The notes beneath the pieces were generated by a model. That model searched no databases. It was given only the letters and a program-made list of their open reading frames with translations, and was not told the origin of the DNA. Shown here piece by piece: positions 9,347 through 16,790 of a stretch of DNA of 64,000 nt. Numbering within the stretch: the first letter of the stretch is position 1; each line of letters starts with the position of its first letter. Both the position numbers and the translations under genes were made by a program. The stretch is from an uncultured Bacteroidales bacterium (lineage in GTDB: Bacteria > Bacteroidota > Bacteroidia > Bacteroidales > P3). The stretch is taken from positions 139,947 through 203,946 of the forward strand of contig ONDE01000002.1 in the NCBI GenBank assembly GCA_900316515.1. Reading direction: 5' to 3'.

Positions 9347-9883
9347 CTATTCCTTAGAAATATCCAAACACAATCCGTGTAGTTCCTTCACCATCAATGG
9401 CTGCGATTGCAGCTTCTTCCACGGTACACCTACACCATTGATATAATCGTAAGTCGGCAAATCCTCACCATGTCCAACAGCAGGAATACCATGCCATAAC
9501 CATATATGTAGGTTATACGTGTTCCCGACTTCCAGAACAGTGCCATTGCACGGGACGTTGGATGGGAAACTTACAATCGTCATTTTTGAGTTTTCCTCCG
9601 CAGTGTAGCGGCCATATTTTTCTTTTGCGGCGTTATACATAGCGGTGTCGACACACCTAACTTGGATCAACAAGACTGTATCTCTGCTATACGAGTAAGT
9701 AACAGTTTCAATCTCATCAACCCTGAAAGTACTTCTAAGGTGCCAATCCCCACCCACAATCTGTTGTTGCCCCGTTACACTATCCAACCATACCTCAGGC
9801 ACCCGTTCTCCCCACTCATAGAACTGTGCACTGGCAGTAACAGATAAAAAGGCCACGGCGCAGAGGAGCATTATCTTCTTCAT
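9347..9883 (-). CDS. secreted hypothetical protein
   Basis: I prefer the internal ATG giving MKKIMLLCAVAFLSVTASAQ, which reads as a signal peptide. I recognise no family. Confidence 0.55.
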   Translation of the reverse strand: MKKIMLLCAVAFLSVTASAQFYEWGERVPEVWLDSVTGQQQIVGGDWHLRSTFRVDEIETVTYSYSRDTVLLIQVRCVDTAMYNAAKEKYGRYTAEENSKMTIVSFPSNVPCNGTVLEVGNTYNLHIWLWHGIPAVGHGEDLPTYDYINGVGVPWKKLQSQPLMVKELHGLCLDISKE

Positions 9884-9944
9884 TGTCAGTCTGTGTTTAT
9901 TGTTTCTGTTCAATCTGTTGTTTCATTTCTGCATTTTCACCGCG

Positions 9945-10334
9945 TTATTTCTCGTAGAGCTCGATTGGCAGTCCGTCGGGGTCTTGAAGGAAGAGGAACC
10001 GGCGGTCGGTATATTCGTCCGTCCTGATTGCCTCGTGCGAAATGGAGAGACGGTCCAGCTCGTTCACCGCTGCATCGATGTCGTCGACCTCGAAGGCCAG
10101 ATGGCGCAGCCCCGTGGCTTCGGGGCGTGTCGGCCGCGGTGGTGGCGAGGGAAACGAGAACAACTCGACGACGTAATCCTCGCCCAGGGCCAGGTCGGTC
10201 TTGTACGATTGCCTTTCGGCGCGGTAGTGCTCGGCGAGGACGCGCAAGCCGAGGACACATGTGTAGAACTCGAGGCTCCGCCGATAGTCGGAGCAGATGA
10301 TGGCGATGTGATGTACTTTGTTCAGTTGCAGCAT
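9945..10334 (-). CDS. VOC (glyoxalase/bleomycin-resistance/dioxygenase) family protein
   Basis: MLQLNKVHHIAIICSDYRRSLEFY...GLRHLAFEVDDIDAAV...FLQDPDGLPIELYE is a typical VOC fold. The tracked ORF's 78-aa 5' extension only reads through the tandem repeat and is rejected. Confidence 0.8.
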   Translation of the reverse strand: MLQLNKVHHIAIICSDYRRSLEFYTCVLGLRVLAEHYRAERQSYKTDLALGEDYVVELFSFPSPPPRPTRPEATGLRHLAFEVDDIDAAVNELDRLSISHEAIRTDEYTDRRFLFLQDPDGLPIELYEK

Positions 10335-10374
10335 TGTTTCTTGTGGTAATGAAAAGAATATTCGTGCATTTTCA

Positions 10375-10556
10375 CCGCGCTCGTGAGCGGGGTATTGTTT
10401 TTGTGCGAAAATCGACCGCGCTCGTGAGCGGAGGGCACTTCCGGACTGAAAATCGACCGCGCTCGTGAGCGGAGGGCACTTCCGGACTGAAAATCGACCG
10501 CGCTCGTGAGCGGGGTGCGTTTTCCGGCCTCGTCCGTGGTTGCGCTCATGAGCGCG
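10375..10556. repeat. 41-bp tandem repeat array carrying five CGCTCnnGAGCG-type palindromes
   Basis: Two perfect 41-bp units, GAAAATCGACCGCGCTCGTGAGCGGAGGGCACTTCCGGACT, occupy 10407-10447 and 10448-10488, with diverged flanking units. CCGCGCTCGTGAGCGG cores sit at 10375, 10416, 10457 and 10498. A perfect 14-bp palindrome GCGCTCATGAGCGC lies at 10542-10555. Confidence 0.9.
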
Positions 10557-10564
10557 GTGCGTTG

Positions 10565-11338
10565 TCATGCCTCGGCGGGCGTCTCGCCCTGTGTCGCGGG
10601 CTCGGCGTCGGGCTCGGGCGTCTTCTTGTCGCGGTGCGAGGGTGCCATCGCGTGCTTGCGGAAGTATTCGAGGTCTTCGCTGACGAGGGCGACGAGCTTC
10701 TGCGCCTCGGCGCGGTCGGGGTTGAGGAGGGCGTAGGCGTTGGTGAGGCGCACGAGGGTGAGGTAGGCGCGGTCGGTGGCCTCGCGGGCTGCCTTGAGCT
10801 CGCCCATGATTTGCGCCGAGCGCTCGTCGTTGCGCTCGGTGAGGAGCTGGCGCACGCGGTCGTTGGCGGCCTTGAGGCGGTCGGCGATGATTTCGAGGCC
10901 GAGGCGGCGCAGCTGGGTGCGGTACTGGAAGAGGTCCTGCAGCATGTTGTCGATGAGGCCGCTCTCCTTCATATAGTTCTCCGTGGTCTTGATTTTGTAG
11001 TTCTTGATGACGCGCAGGAGGGGTTCGGCGTGCTGGGCGGTCTCGGCGATGGGGAACTTGGCGTAGGCCTTGACGGTGTCGCGCAGCGAGGCGTAGAGCT
11101 TGTCGCGCTCCTCGTCGGCGGCCTTCAGGGGGTCGGTGAGCTCGCTGTCGCGGTAGCGCTTGAAGGCTTAGTCCTCGGCCTTGAAGGCGGTGTCGAACTC
11201 GTCCTTGCCCTTGCGCCAGAGCTCGTGGTCGATGGGCAGCTCGGCGGTGCGCTTGCCGAAGGTGGTCATATACTCGTAATGGGGCGCGTTGGCCGCCCGC
11301 GCGATGGAGATTTGGTCGATTTGCATTGCTATTTCCAT
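10565..11338 (-). pseudogene. DUF6261-like hypothetical protein gene with an in-frame TAA
   Basis: My hand translation from the ATG at 11338 gives MEIAMQIDQISIARAANAPHYEYMTTF...FKAED*AFKRYRDSELTDPLKAADEERDKLY...NYMKESGLIDNM..., continuous with ORF 10565..10972. The single stop is at 11168-11170. The family assignment is from memory. GC content is visibly higher than in the surroundings. Confidence 0.55.
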
Positions 11339-11623
11339 AATCTTGAAGTTTTATTGATGATACTTTCTTACGCCATATTTAACTTCAACTCCCAGAAAAT
11401 ATTGTGCCAGCCGGGAACTAATCGTGCAACATAAAGAGCCATCCGCCAAGGAGGTGTGGCTCCCAAGACGGATGGCTTCTTTGCTTCGGATGGGATAAAT
11501 GCGGGTTTTACTCCTTCCCGTCGATGGAGACCAGCTTGTACTGGCGGCTGCCGAGGCCGAGTTTCTCGGCGTGCTCGACGGTGTGGATACCGTGACGGCT
11601 CTCGATGCGTTCACGCATAGAGG

Positions 11624-12463
11624 CTATCCGTAATTCTCAATCAAATACTTCACAAACTGTGGGTCGCCGAAGTCAATCGTGCCCGTGTCGTGCTGGTTGA
11701 GCTTGGCGACGGCGGCCATATCGTCGGCGGTCAGCGTGAAGTCGAAGATGTCGAAATTCTGCGCCATACGTTCTTTGTGACTGGACTTGGGGATGGCCAC
11801 AACACCACGCTGGGTCAGCCACCGGAGGGCCACCTGAGCGGCACTTTTGCCGTACTTGGCACCTATGGCGGCAAGCTCTTCACTCTTCACGATGCCTTCG
11901 ACCCCTTGTCCGCCAAGCGGTCCCCAAGCCATCATACGTGTGCCGAATTCTGCAAGTATCGGCTCGATGGCTGTCTGCTGTATGAGGGTGTTGCATTGCA
12001 GCTGGTTCACCATCGGCTTTACATTCACATAGTGGGCGAAGTCGAAGAAGCGGCCCGACAGGAAGTTGCTCACTCCGATGGCGCGCACCTTGCCGTCGTG
12101 ATAGGCTTTCTCCATCGCCCGCCACGTGCCGAACACGTCGCCGTACGCCTGATGGATGAGGTCGATGTAATCCGTCTGCAACTTGCGCAGGCTCTCGTCG
12201 ATGCTCTTGGCTGCCTTTTCCTCTCCGTTGTTCGCAATCCACACCTTTGTCACGAGGAAAAGCTCCTCGCGTTTCAGGCCACTTTTGCGCCAGGCGTTAC
12301 CCACACCTTCTTCGTTGGCATACGCTTGTGCTGTGTCTATCAGCCGGTAGCCGACGCTCAGCGCATCGCTGACACAACGCTCGCACTCGGCGGGCGACAC
12401 TTGGAAGACGCCATAACCCAGCAAGGGCATATTCACTCCGTTTGATAATGTAATTTCTTGCAT
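11624..12463 (-). CDS. aldo/keto reductase
   Basis: The 279-aa ORF has AKR motifs (GYGVFQV, YRLIDTAQAYANEE, LFLVTKVW, LQTDYIDL). Confidence 0.9.
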   Translation of the reverse strand: MQEITLSNGVNMPLLGYGVFQVSPAECERCVSDALSVGYRLIDTAQAYANEEGVGNAWRKSGLKREELFLVTKVWIANNGEEKAAKSIDESLRKLQTDYIDLIHQAYGDVFGTWRAMEKAYHDGKVRAIGVSNFLSGRFFDFAHYVNVKPMVNQLQCNTLIQQTAIEPILAEFGTRMMAWGPLGGQGVEGIVKSEELAAIGAKYGKSAAQVALRWLTQRGVVAIPKSSHKERMAQNFDIFDFTLTADDMAAVAKLNQHDTGTIDFGDPQFVKYLIENYG

Positions 12464-12642
12464 AAGTATCTGTATTATTGTTTATTATTCAATTCTCGTT
12501 CATTCCGTTTGATGATGCAAAATTACAACCATTTTTCCATACCTCTATTTCACAAAAAGCACCAATGTTTTCACAATAAATACAAAAGTTGTCCGTTTTT
12601 AACGTAATAACGCATCAACACATTAACGCAATCTTATAGATT

Positions 12643-13461
12643 ATGAAGATTGACTTTCTATACTCGACGGATTTTCTGGCGATGAATGCGCCGGAGCTGG
12701 GACACACCTGTATGCACCTGCTGTGCAGGGCAGGGGAAGGGAGCTTTGTGTTCAACGAGCGGTGCTACCATATCGTGAAGAACGACCTGGTGGTGATGCC
12801 GAACCCCACACGGGCGAAGAACCTCGCGGCGGCACCTGGGATGGAGGTGGAGTGGTTCGCCGCCGACAACAAATTCTTGCATAGCCTACTGCCGTCAAAC
12901 AACTACAGCATCTGGGGCAGCATCAGCCTCAACCAGAACCCCGTCATCAAGGTCGACGACCGTCAGGCGGAAATCCTGCTGGAGGACTTCCACCGCCTGC
13001 GCGACCGCCTCGACGACCTCCACCTGCTCTTCTACCGCGAGATGATGGGGAGCCTCTGTCTGACGATGATGTACGATATCTTCGAGCTCCACGCCCGTCG
13101 CGACGCCACCGACACCCACAGCGACCGCACCGCCATCATCGTCCGTCAGCTGACCGACCTGCTCGCCACCGGCATCAGCCGCACGGAGCGCGACGTGAGC
13201 TATTATGCTGAGCGGCTGAATGTTTCGACAAAATACCTCTCCGCCACTGTCAAGCGCGTCACAGGTCACAGCGTCAGCAGCTTCATCGACCGCGCCACGG
13301 TGCCCATCCTGAAGAAATACCTTAACAACGAGCGTCTGTCGCTCACGCAGATAGCCGACCGCATGAACTTCACATCCCTCTCCTACTTCAGCCGCTACTG
13401 CACCAAGCACCTCGGCCAGTCGCCCAGCGACTACCGCCGCAGCCTCCAGCCGACAATATAG
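12643..13461 (+). CDS. AraC family transcriptional regulator
   Basis: The 272-aa ORF has a C-terminal AraC HTH (YYAERLNVSTKYLSATVKRVTGHS...FTSLSYFSRYCTKHLGQSPSDYR). It is divergent from the AKR gene. Confidence 0.85.
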   Translation: MKIDFLYSTDFLAMNAPELGHTCMHLLCRAGEGSFVFNERCYHIVKNDLVVMPNPTRAKNLAAAPGMEVEWFAADNKFLHSLLPSNNYSIWGSISLNQNPVIKVDDRQAEILLEDFHRLRDRLDDLHLLFYREMMGSLCLTMMYDIFELHARRDATDTHSDRTAIIVRQLTDLLATGISRTERDVSYYAERLNVSTKYLSATVKRVTGHSVSSFIDRATVPILKKYLNNERLSLTQIADRMNFTSLSYFSRYCTKHLGQSPSDYRRSLQPTI

Positions 13462-13478
13462 TAGACGGCTATTATAAC

Positions 13479-13512
13479 AAATCCCCTACAACCTTGCGGC
13501 TGCAGGGGATTT
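13479..13512. terminator. hairpin between the convergent AraC and POT genes
   Basis: AAATCCCCT (13479-13487) pairs with AGGGGATTT (13504-13512) around a 16-nt loop. The flanks are A/T-rich on both sides. Confidence 0.4.
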
Positions 13513-13534
13513 ATCTATGTGTTTATAGTTTTTT

Positions 13535-15214
13535 TTACTGCTTCTCGGAGGTAATCTTCTCGAGCCACTTGAGCATGCCGAACATGACGAACATGGCAAT
13601 GGCGCAGACCAAGAGGAATACCAGCCAGCACATCCACAGATTGGACATACCATTGTACAGTACCGGTCCAAGGAGGATAAGCAGGTTGCCGATGGCAGTG
13701 GCGCTGAGCCACAGGCCCTGGCAGATACCCTGGATATGCTTGGGGGCAATCTTCGACACAAAGCTCAGACCCAGCGGACTGATGAAGAGCTCGGCCACGG
13801 TGAGGAAGAAGTAGGTGACAATCAGTGCCCACGGACCGACCTTCATGGCCGACGCCGCATCAACAGGCATGCCGCGGAACTCGTCGACGCTGGGATAGCC
13901 GTTGATCATGCACAACAGCATAAGGAACAGGTAGGCGCAGGCTGCGATGCCCATACCGAAGGCGATCTTCTTGGGAGTGGAAACCTCTTTGCCTTTACGC
14001 ACAAAGGAGGCAAACATCCACATAATGATAGGTGTGAGGATGACTACGAGGAACGGGTTGATGCACTGCCAGATCTCGGGCGGGATGGACGACGTGCTGA
14101 CGAAGTCGCGTGCGAAGAGCGAAAGCGACTCTGCGTTCTGGTGGAAAGCGAACCAGAAGAAAACGCAGACGCCGAGCACTGCATAGAGACCGGCCATGCG
14201 CTGCTTGACATCCTTGGCCATGGCGGCCTTCTCTTCGGCGGTGTAGGTAACCTCCTTGGTGTCATTAGCAGCGGCGGCTTCCTTCTTCACCGGGTTGGGC
14301 AGGCCCTTCTTGGTGCAGAGGAAGATGGTCAGTGAGATGAGCATGGCGACCACCGAGGCGATAAAGGCAAAGTGGACACCTTCGTTAAACACTCTAATGT
14401 AACTGTCGCAGAAGGCTCCGAGGTTGTTGGCTGCCTCGGGATACTGGGCGGTGAGTGCAGTGAGGTTATCCATGTCGTTTCCTTGCATGTTGCTGGTCAG
14501 GTAGTTGTGGCAAAGCATGGGCAGCTGTGCATTGTAGACCAAACCCTTGGTGCCGAGCCACCAGTTGCGGATGATGGGGGCGATGAAGGGGGCTATCACG
14601 CCGCCAATGTTGATGAAGACGTAGAAAATCTGGAAGCCGCTGTCGCGTTTCTCTTTGGCTTTGGCCAGGGCCTCGGGACCCTGCTTAGCAGCCTCGGCCT
14701 CGAAGTCGTCGTAAAGCTGACCAACCACGGCCTGCAGGTTGCCTTTGAAAAGACCGTTACCGCAGGCGATAATCACCAGAGCGCAGAGTGTGAGCACCAT
14801 GACCCACGAGAAACCGTGGCCGCTGAACACGGGTACCGACAATATGGCGTAACCAACAGCCATCACAATGATACCGGCAATGATGGTACCTTTGTAGTTT
14901 TTGGTGCGGTCGGCGATGATACCACCGGGTAGAGAGAGTACATAGATCAAGAAATAGAATCCGGCGAACATGATGCCAGCCGTCTGGTCGGGCACACCGA
15001 ACTTGGAGCAGATGAACAGCGTCAGCACGGCATTCATGATGTAATAGCCGAAACGTTCGCCCATGTTGCTCAAAGCGGCAGGGATAAGTCCCTTGGGGTG
15101 TTCCTTAAGTGCCTTGCGCACATAGAAGATGATGAACGGAGTGACAACAATCAAACCCGCCACGAGCATAAACAGCGGTGTGTTGGCATTCCACAGATTT
15201 GTAATGAAATCCAT
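13535..15214 (-). CDS. POT/PTR2 family di-/tripeptide:proton symporter (MFS)
   Basis: The 559-aa polytopic ORF begins with a PTR2 signature region (GERFGYYIMNAVLTLF...GGIIADR). Confidence 0.88.
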   Translation of the reverse strand: MDFITNLWNANTPLFMLVAGLIVVTPFIIFYVRKALKEHPKGLIPAALSNMGERFGYYIMNAVLTLFICSKFGVPDQTAGIMFAGFYFLIYVLSLPGGIIADRTKNYKGTIIAGIIVMAVGYAILSVPVFSGHGFSWVMVLTLCALVIIACGNGLFKGNLQAVVGQLYDDFEAEAAKQGPEALAKAKEKRDSGFQIFYVFINIGGVIAPFIAPIIRNWWLGTKGLVYNAQLPMLCHNYLTSNMQGNDMDNLTALTAQYPEAANNLGAFCDSYIRVFNEGVHFAFIASVVAMLISLTIFLCTKKGLPNPVKKEAAAANDTKEVTYTAEEKAAMAKDVKQRMAGLYAVLGVCVFFWFAFHQNAESLSLFARDFVSTSSIPPEIWQCINPFLVVILTPIIMWMFASFVRKGKEVSTPKKIAFGMGIAACAYLFLMLLCMINGYPSVDEFRGMPVDAASAMKVGPWALIVTYFFLTVAELFISPLGLSFVSKIAPKHIQGICQGLWLSATAIGNLLILLGPVLYNGMSNLWMCWLVFLLVCAIAMFVMFGMLKWLEKITSEKQ

Positions 15215-15334
15215 AGTTGTAATGTTTTGGTTTATAATTTATTTAACTGATTTTAATATTTAGTGGACTCAATAATCAATGTGCAAAGTTACGAAAAAAA
15301 ACTGACACCGCCAAGTGCGTGCTGTTTTTTTTCG

Positions 15335-15342
15335 TATTTTTG
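15335..15342 (+). promoter_or_regulatory. -7 box (TATTTTTG) upstream of tsaC
   Basis: A TAnnTTTG match lies 11 nt before the ATG at 15353. I see no clean -33 TTTG. Confidence 0.3.
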
Positions 15343-15352
15343 CAGCGTGAAA

Positions 15353-15898
15353 ATGCAGGAAATAATCGAGCAAACTGTCGATGTGCTGCGTCATGGCGGC
15401 ACCATTCTCTATCCCACAGACACGATATGGGGCATAGGTTGCGACGCTCGCAATCGCGATGCCGTAGAACGGCTTTATGCCATCAAGGAGCGCGACCACA
15501 CAAAGAGTATGCTGGTGCTGGTGGAAAGCGGAAAATGTAAAATGGAGGGTGGAGAACGCCCTACAACTTTTATCTTGCCGCCTGAACGCTGGCAACTCTT
15601 GCTGGGCAAAGACATTGCCGATAATCTACCGGCTGCCGACGGCTCGCTAGGCATACGGATGCCGAAACATATTTTCTGCCAAGAGGTGATAAGCCGCCTT
15701 GGGGCTCCGCTGGTGAGTACCTCGGCCAACTTGTCTGGCCGTCCATCGCCGGCATCATACGATGAAATAGAAGAAGAATTGAAACTCCGTGTGGACTACT
15801 GTGTGTCGCCGTTGCCCGAGTTTTTATCGGGACTCACCCAAAGTAGTCGTATAGTAAAGATATATTCAGACGGCAGCGAGACAGTTATAAGGCCATAG
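15353..15898 (+). CDS. tsaC: L-threonylcarbamoyladenylate synthase (YrdC/TsaC domain)
   Basis: MQEIIEQTVDVLRHGGTILYPTDTIWGIGCDA...VSTSANLSG matches the YrdC/TsaC domain. I prefer the internal ATG at 15353 over the tracked start at 15263. Confidence 0.85.
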   Translation: MQEIIEQTVDVLRHGGTILYPTDTIWGIGCDARNRDAVERLYAIKERDHTKSMLVLVESGKCKMEGGERPTTFILPPERWQLLLGKDIADNLPAADGSLGIRMPKHIFCQEVISRLGAPLVSTSANLSGRPSPASYDEIEEELKLRVDYCVSPLPEFLSGLTQSSRIVKIYSDGSETVIRP

Positions 15899-16394
15899 CC
15901 AAGGCCGCTACGGTGTCTTCAGTTCCGCAGTCGATTTCCTCAACCGTACAGTCGGCAGTATTGGCAGCGTCGACCATGCTGCCGAATCCCTGAATACCTG
16001 TACCGCGCATCTTCAACACCGCCTCTTTTTGTGTCCAGAAGCGCAGGAAGGCCATTGTTGGATCGTCGGAAGATTGTATTGCCGACAATTCGCTGTCATT
16101 GCATACGCGCTCCATTAGCGAGGGGCTGATCTTCCGGCGGCTTTCTATATCGATGCCGATTCTATTATTGGTAGAAACAGCAACAGCCACTGCTGTGCGG
16201 CAATGGCTAATGCTGATATGTATCGATGGGTTGTCTGGCAGGTATGGTGCGCCTTGGCTGTTGTGCTCAATGGTGACATCCCGGTCGAGCAAGCGGCACA
16301 GCAGACTCCGTGCCGCCTCGCTTTGCTCTTTGTGGGTGCGCCAATAGCCAGTGTCTATTGCCCAGTTCAGATCAGGCTTTGCCGAGGATGTCAT
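15885..16394 (-). CDS. 4'-phosphopantetheinyl transferase superfamily protein
   Basis: The motifs GIDIE...FWTQKEAVLKMRG are present. I chose the ATG at 16394 because the tracked start is TTG. The gene overlaps the tsaC 3' end by 14 nt (convergent) and the DUF3467 3' end by 23 nt. Confidence 0.72.
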   Translation of the reverse strand: MTSSAKPDLNWAIDTGYWRTHKEQSEAARSLLCRLLDRDVTIEHNSQGAPYLPDNPSIHISISHCRTAVAVAVSTNNRIGIDIESRRKISPSLMERVCNDSELSAIQSSDDPTMAFLRFWTQKEAVLKMRGTGIQGFGSMVDAANTADCTVEEIDCGTEDTVAALAMAL

Positions 16395-16689
16395 AGGGCA
16401 CGGTGTCACCCTGCGTGGGCATATGCGGCTCTTCAATGGTGCCGAACTGCTGCTCGTACTTCTTGATATTATCGTTCAGGGCTGCCAGTGTGCGTTTGGC
16501 GTGGACTGGATTCATGATGATGCGCTGACGTACAGCAGCACCATCGATGCCAGGCAGTATCTGGGCGAAGTCGAGGATGATTTCGGTAGGGTTGTGGCTG
16601 ATGACAACGAGGTTGGAATAGGTTCCTTGTGAAATCTCAGGTGAAATGTTTAATTTCAGGTTCTGCTGTTGTTCGTTCTGTTTTGCCAT
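16372..16689 (-). CDS. DUF3467 domain-containing protein
   Basis: The 105-aa ORF (GTYSNLVVISHNPTEIILDF...MNPVHAKR) sits in the conserved position immediately downstream of rpoC in Bacteroidetes. Confidence 0.8.
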   Translation of the reverse strand: MAKQNEQQQNLKLNISPEISQGTYSNLVVISHNPTEIILDFAQILPGIDGAAVRQRIIMNPVHAKRTLAALNDNIKKYEQQFGTIEEPHMPTQGDTVPYDILGKA

Positions 16690-16742
16690 AATAGTGAGTT
16701 TTTTTCAAGAAACGTAAAAGTGTATTTTTTATTGTATGAAAT

Positions 16743-16770
16743 AAGGGGCACCCGTTGCCGAATGCCCCTT
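16743..16770 (-). terminator. hairpin downstream of rpoC (possible attenuator or partial terminator)
   Basis: AAGGGGCA (16743-16750) pairs with TGCCCCTT (16763-16770) around a 12-nt loop. It lies between the rpoC stop and the DUF3467 start. Confidence 0.35.
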
Positions 16771-16790
16771 TTCTATGGATTACTTAATGT

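Noticed and set aside
10335-10568. 78-aa N-terminal extension of the VOC gene in the tracked ORF 9945..10568
   Set aside because: The extension merely reads through the 41-bp tandem repeat, giving a reiterated peptide (HERGRFS...LTSAVDFQSGSALRSRARSIF). The VOC domain starts cleanly at the ATG at 10334.
10562-11434. 290-aa plus-strand ORF across the GC-rich segment
   Set aside because: Its translation is repetitive Gly/Ala/Leu/Val/Glu. The minus strand carries a coherent DUF6261-like reading frame, so this is a GC-rich antisense artefact.
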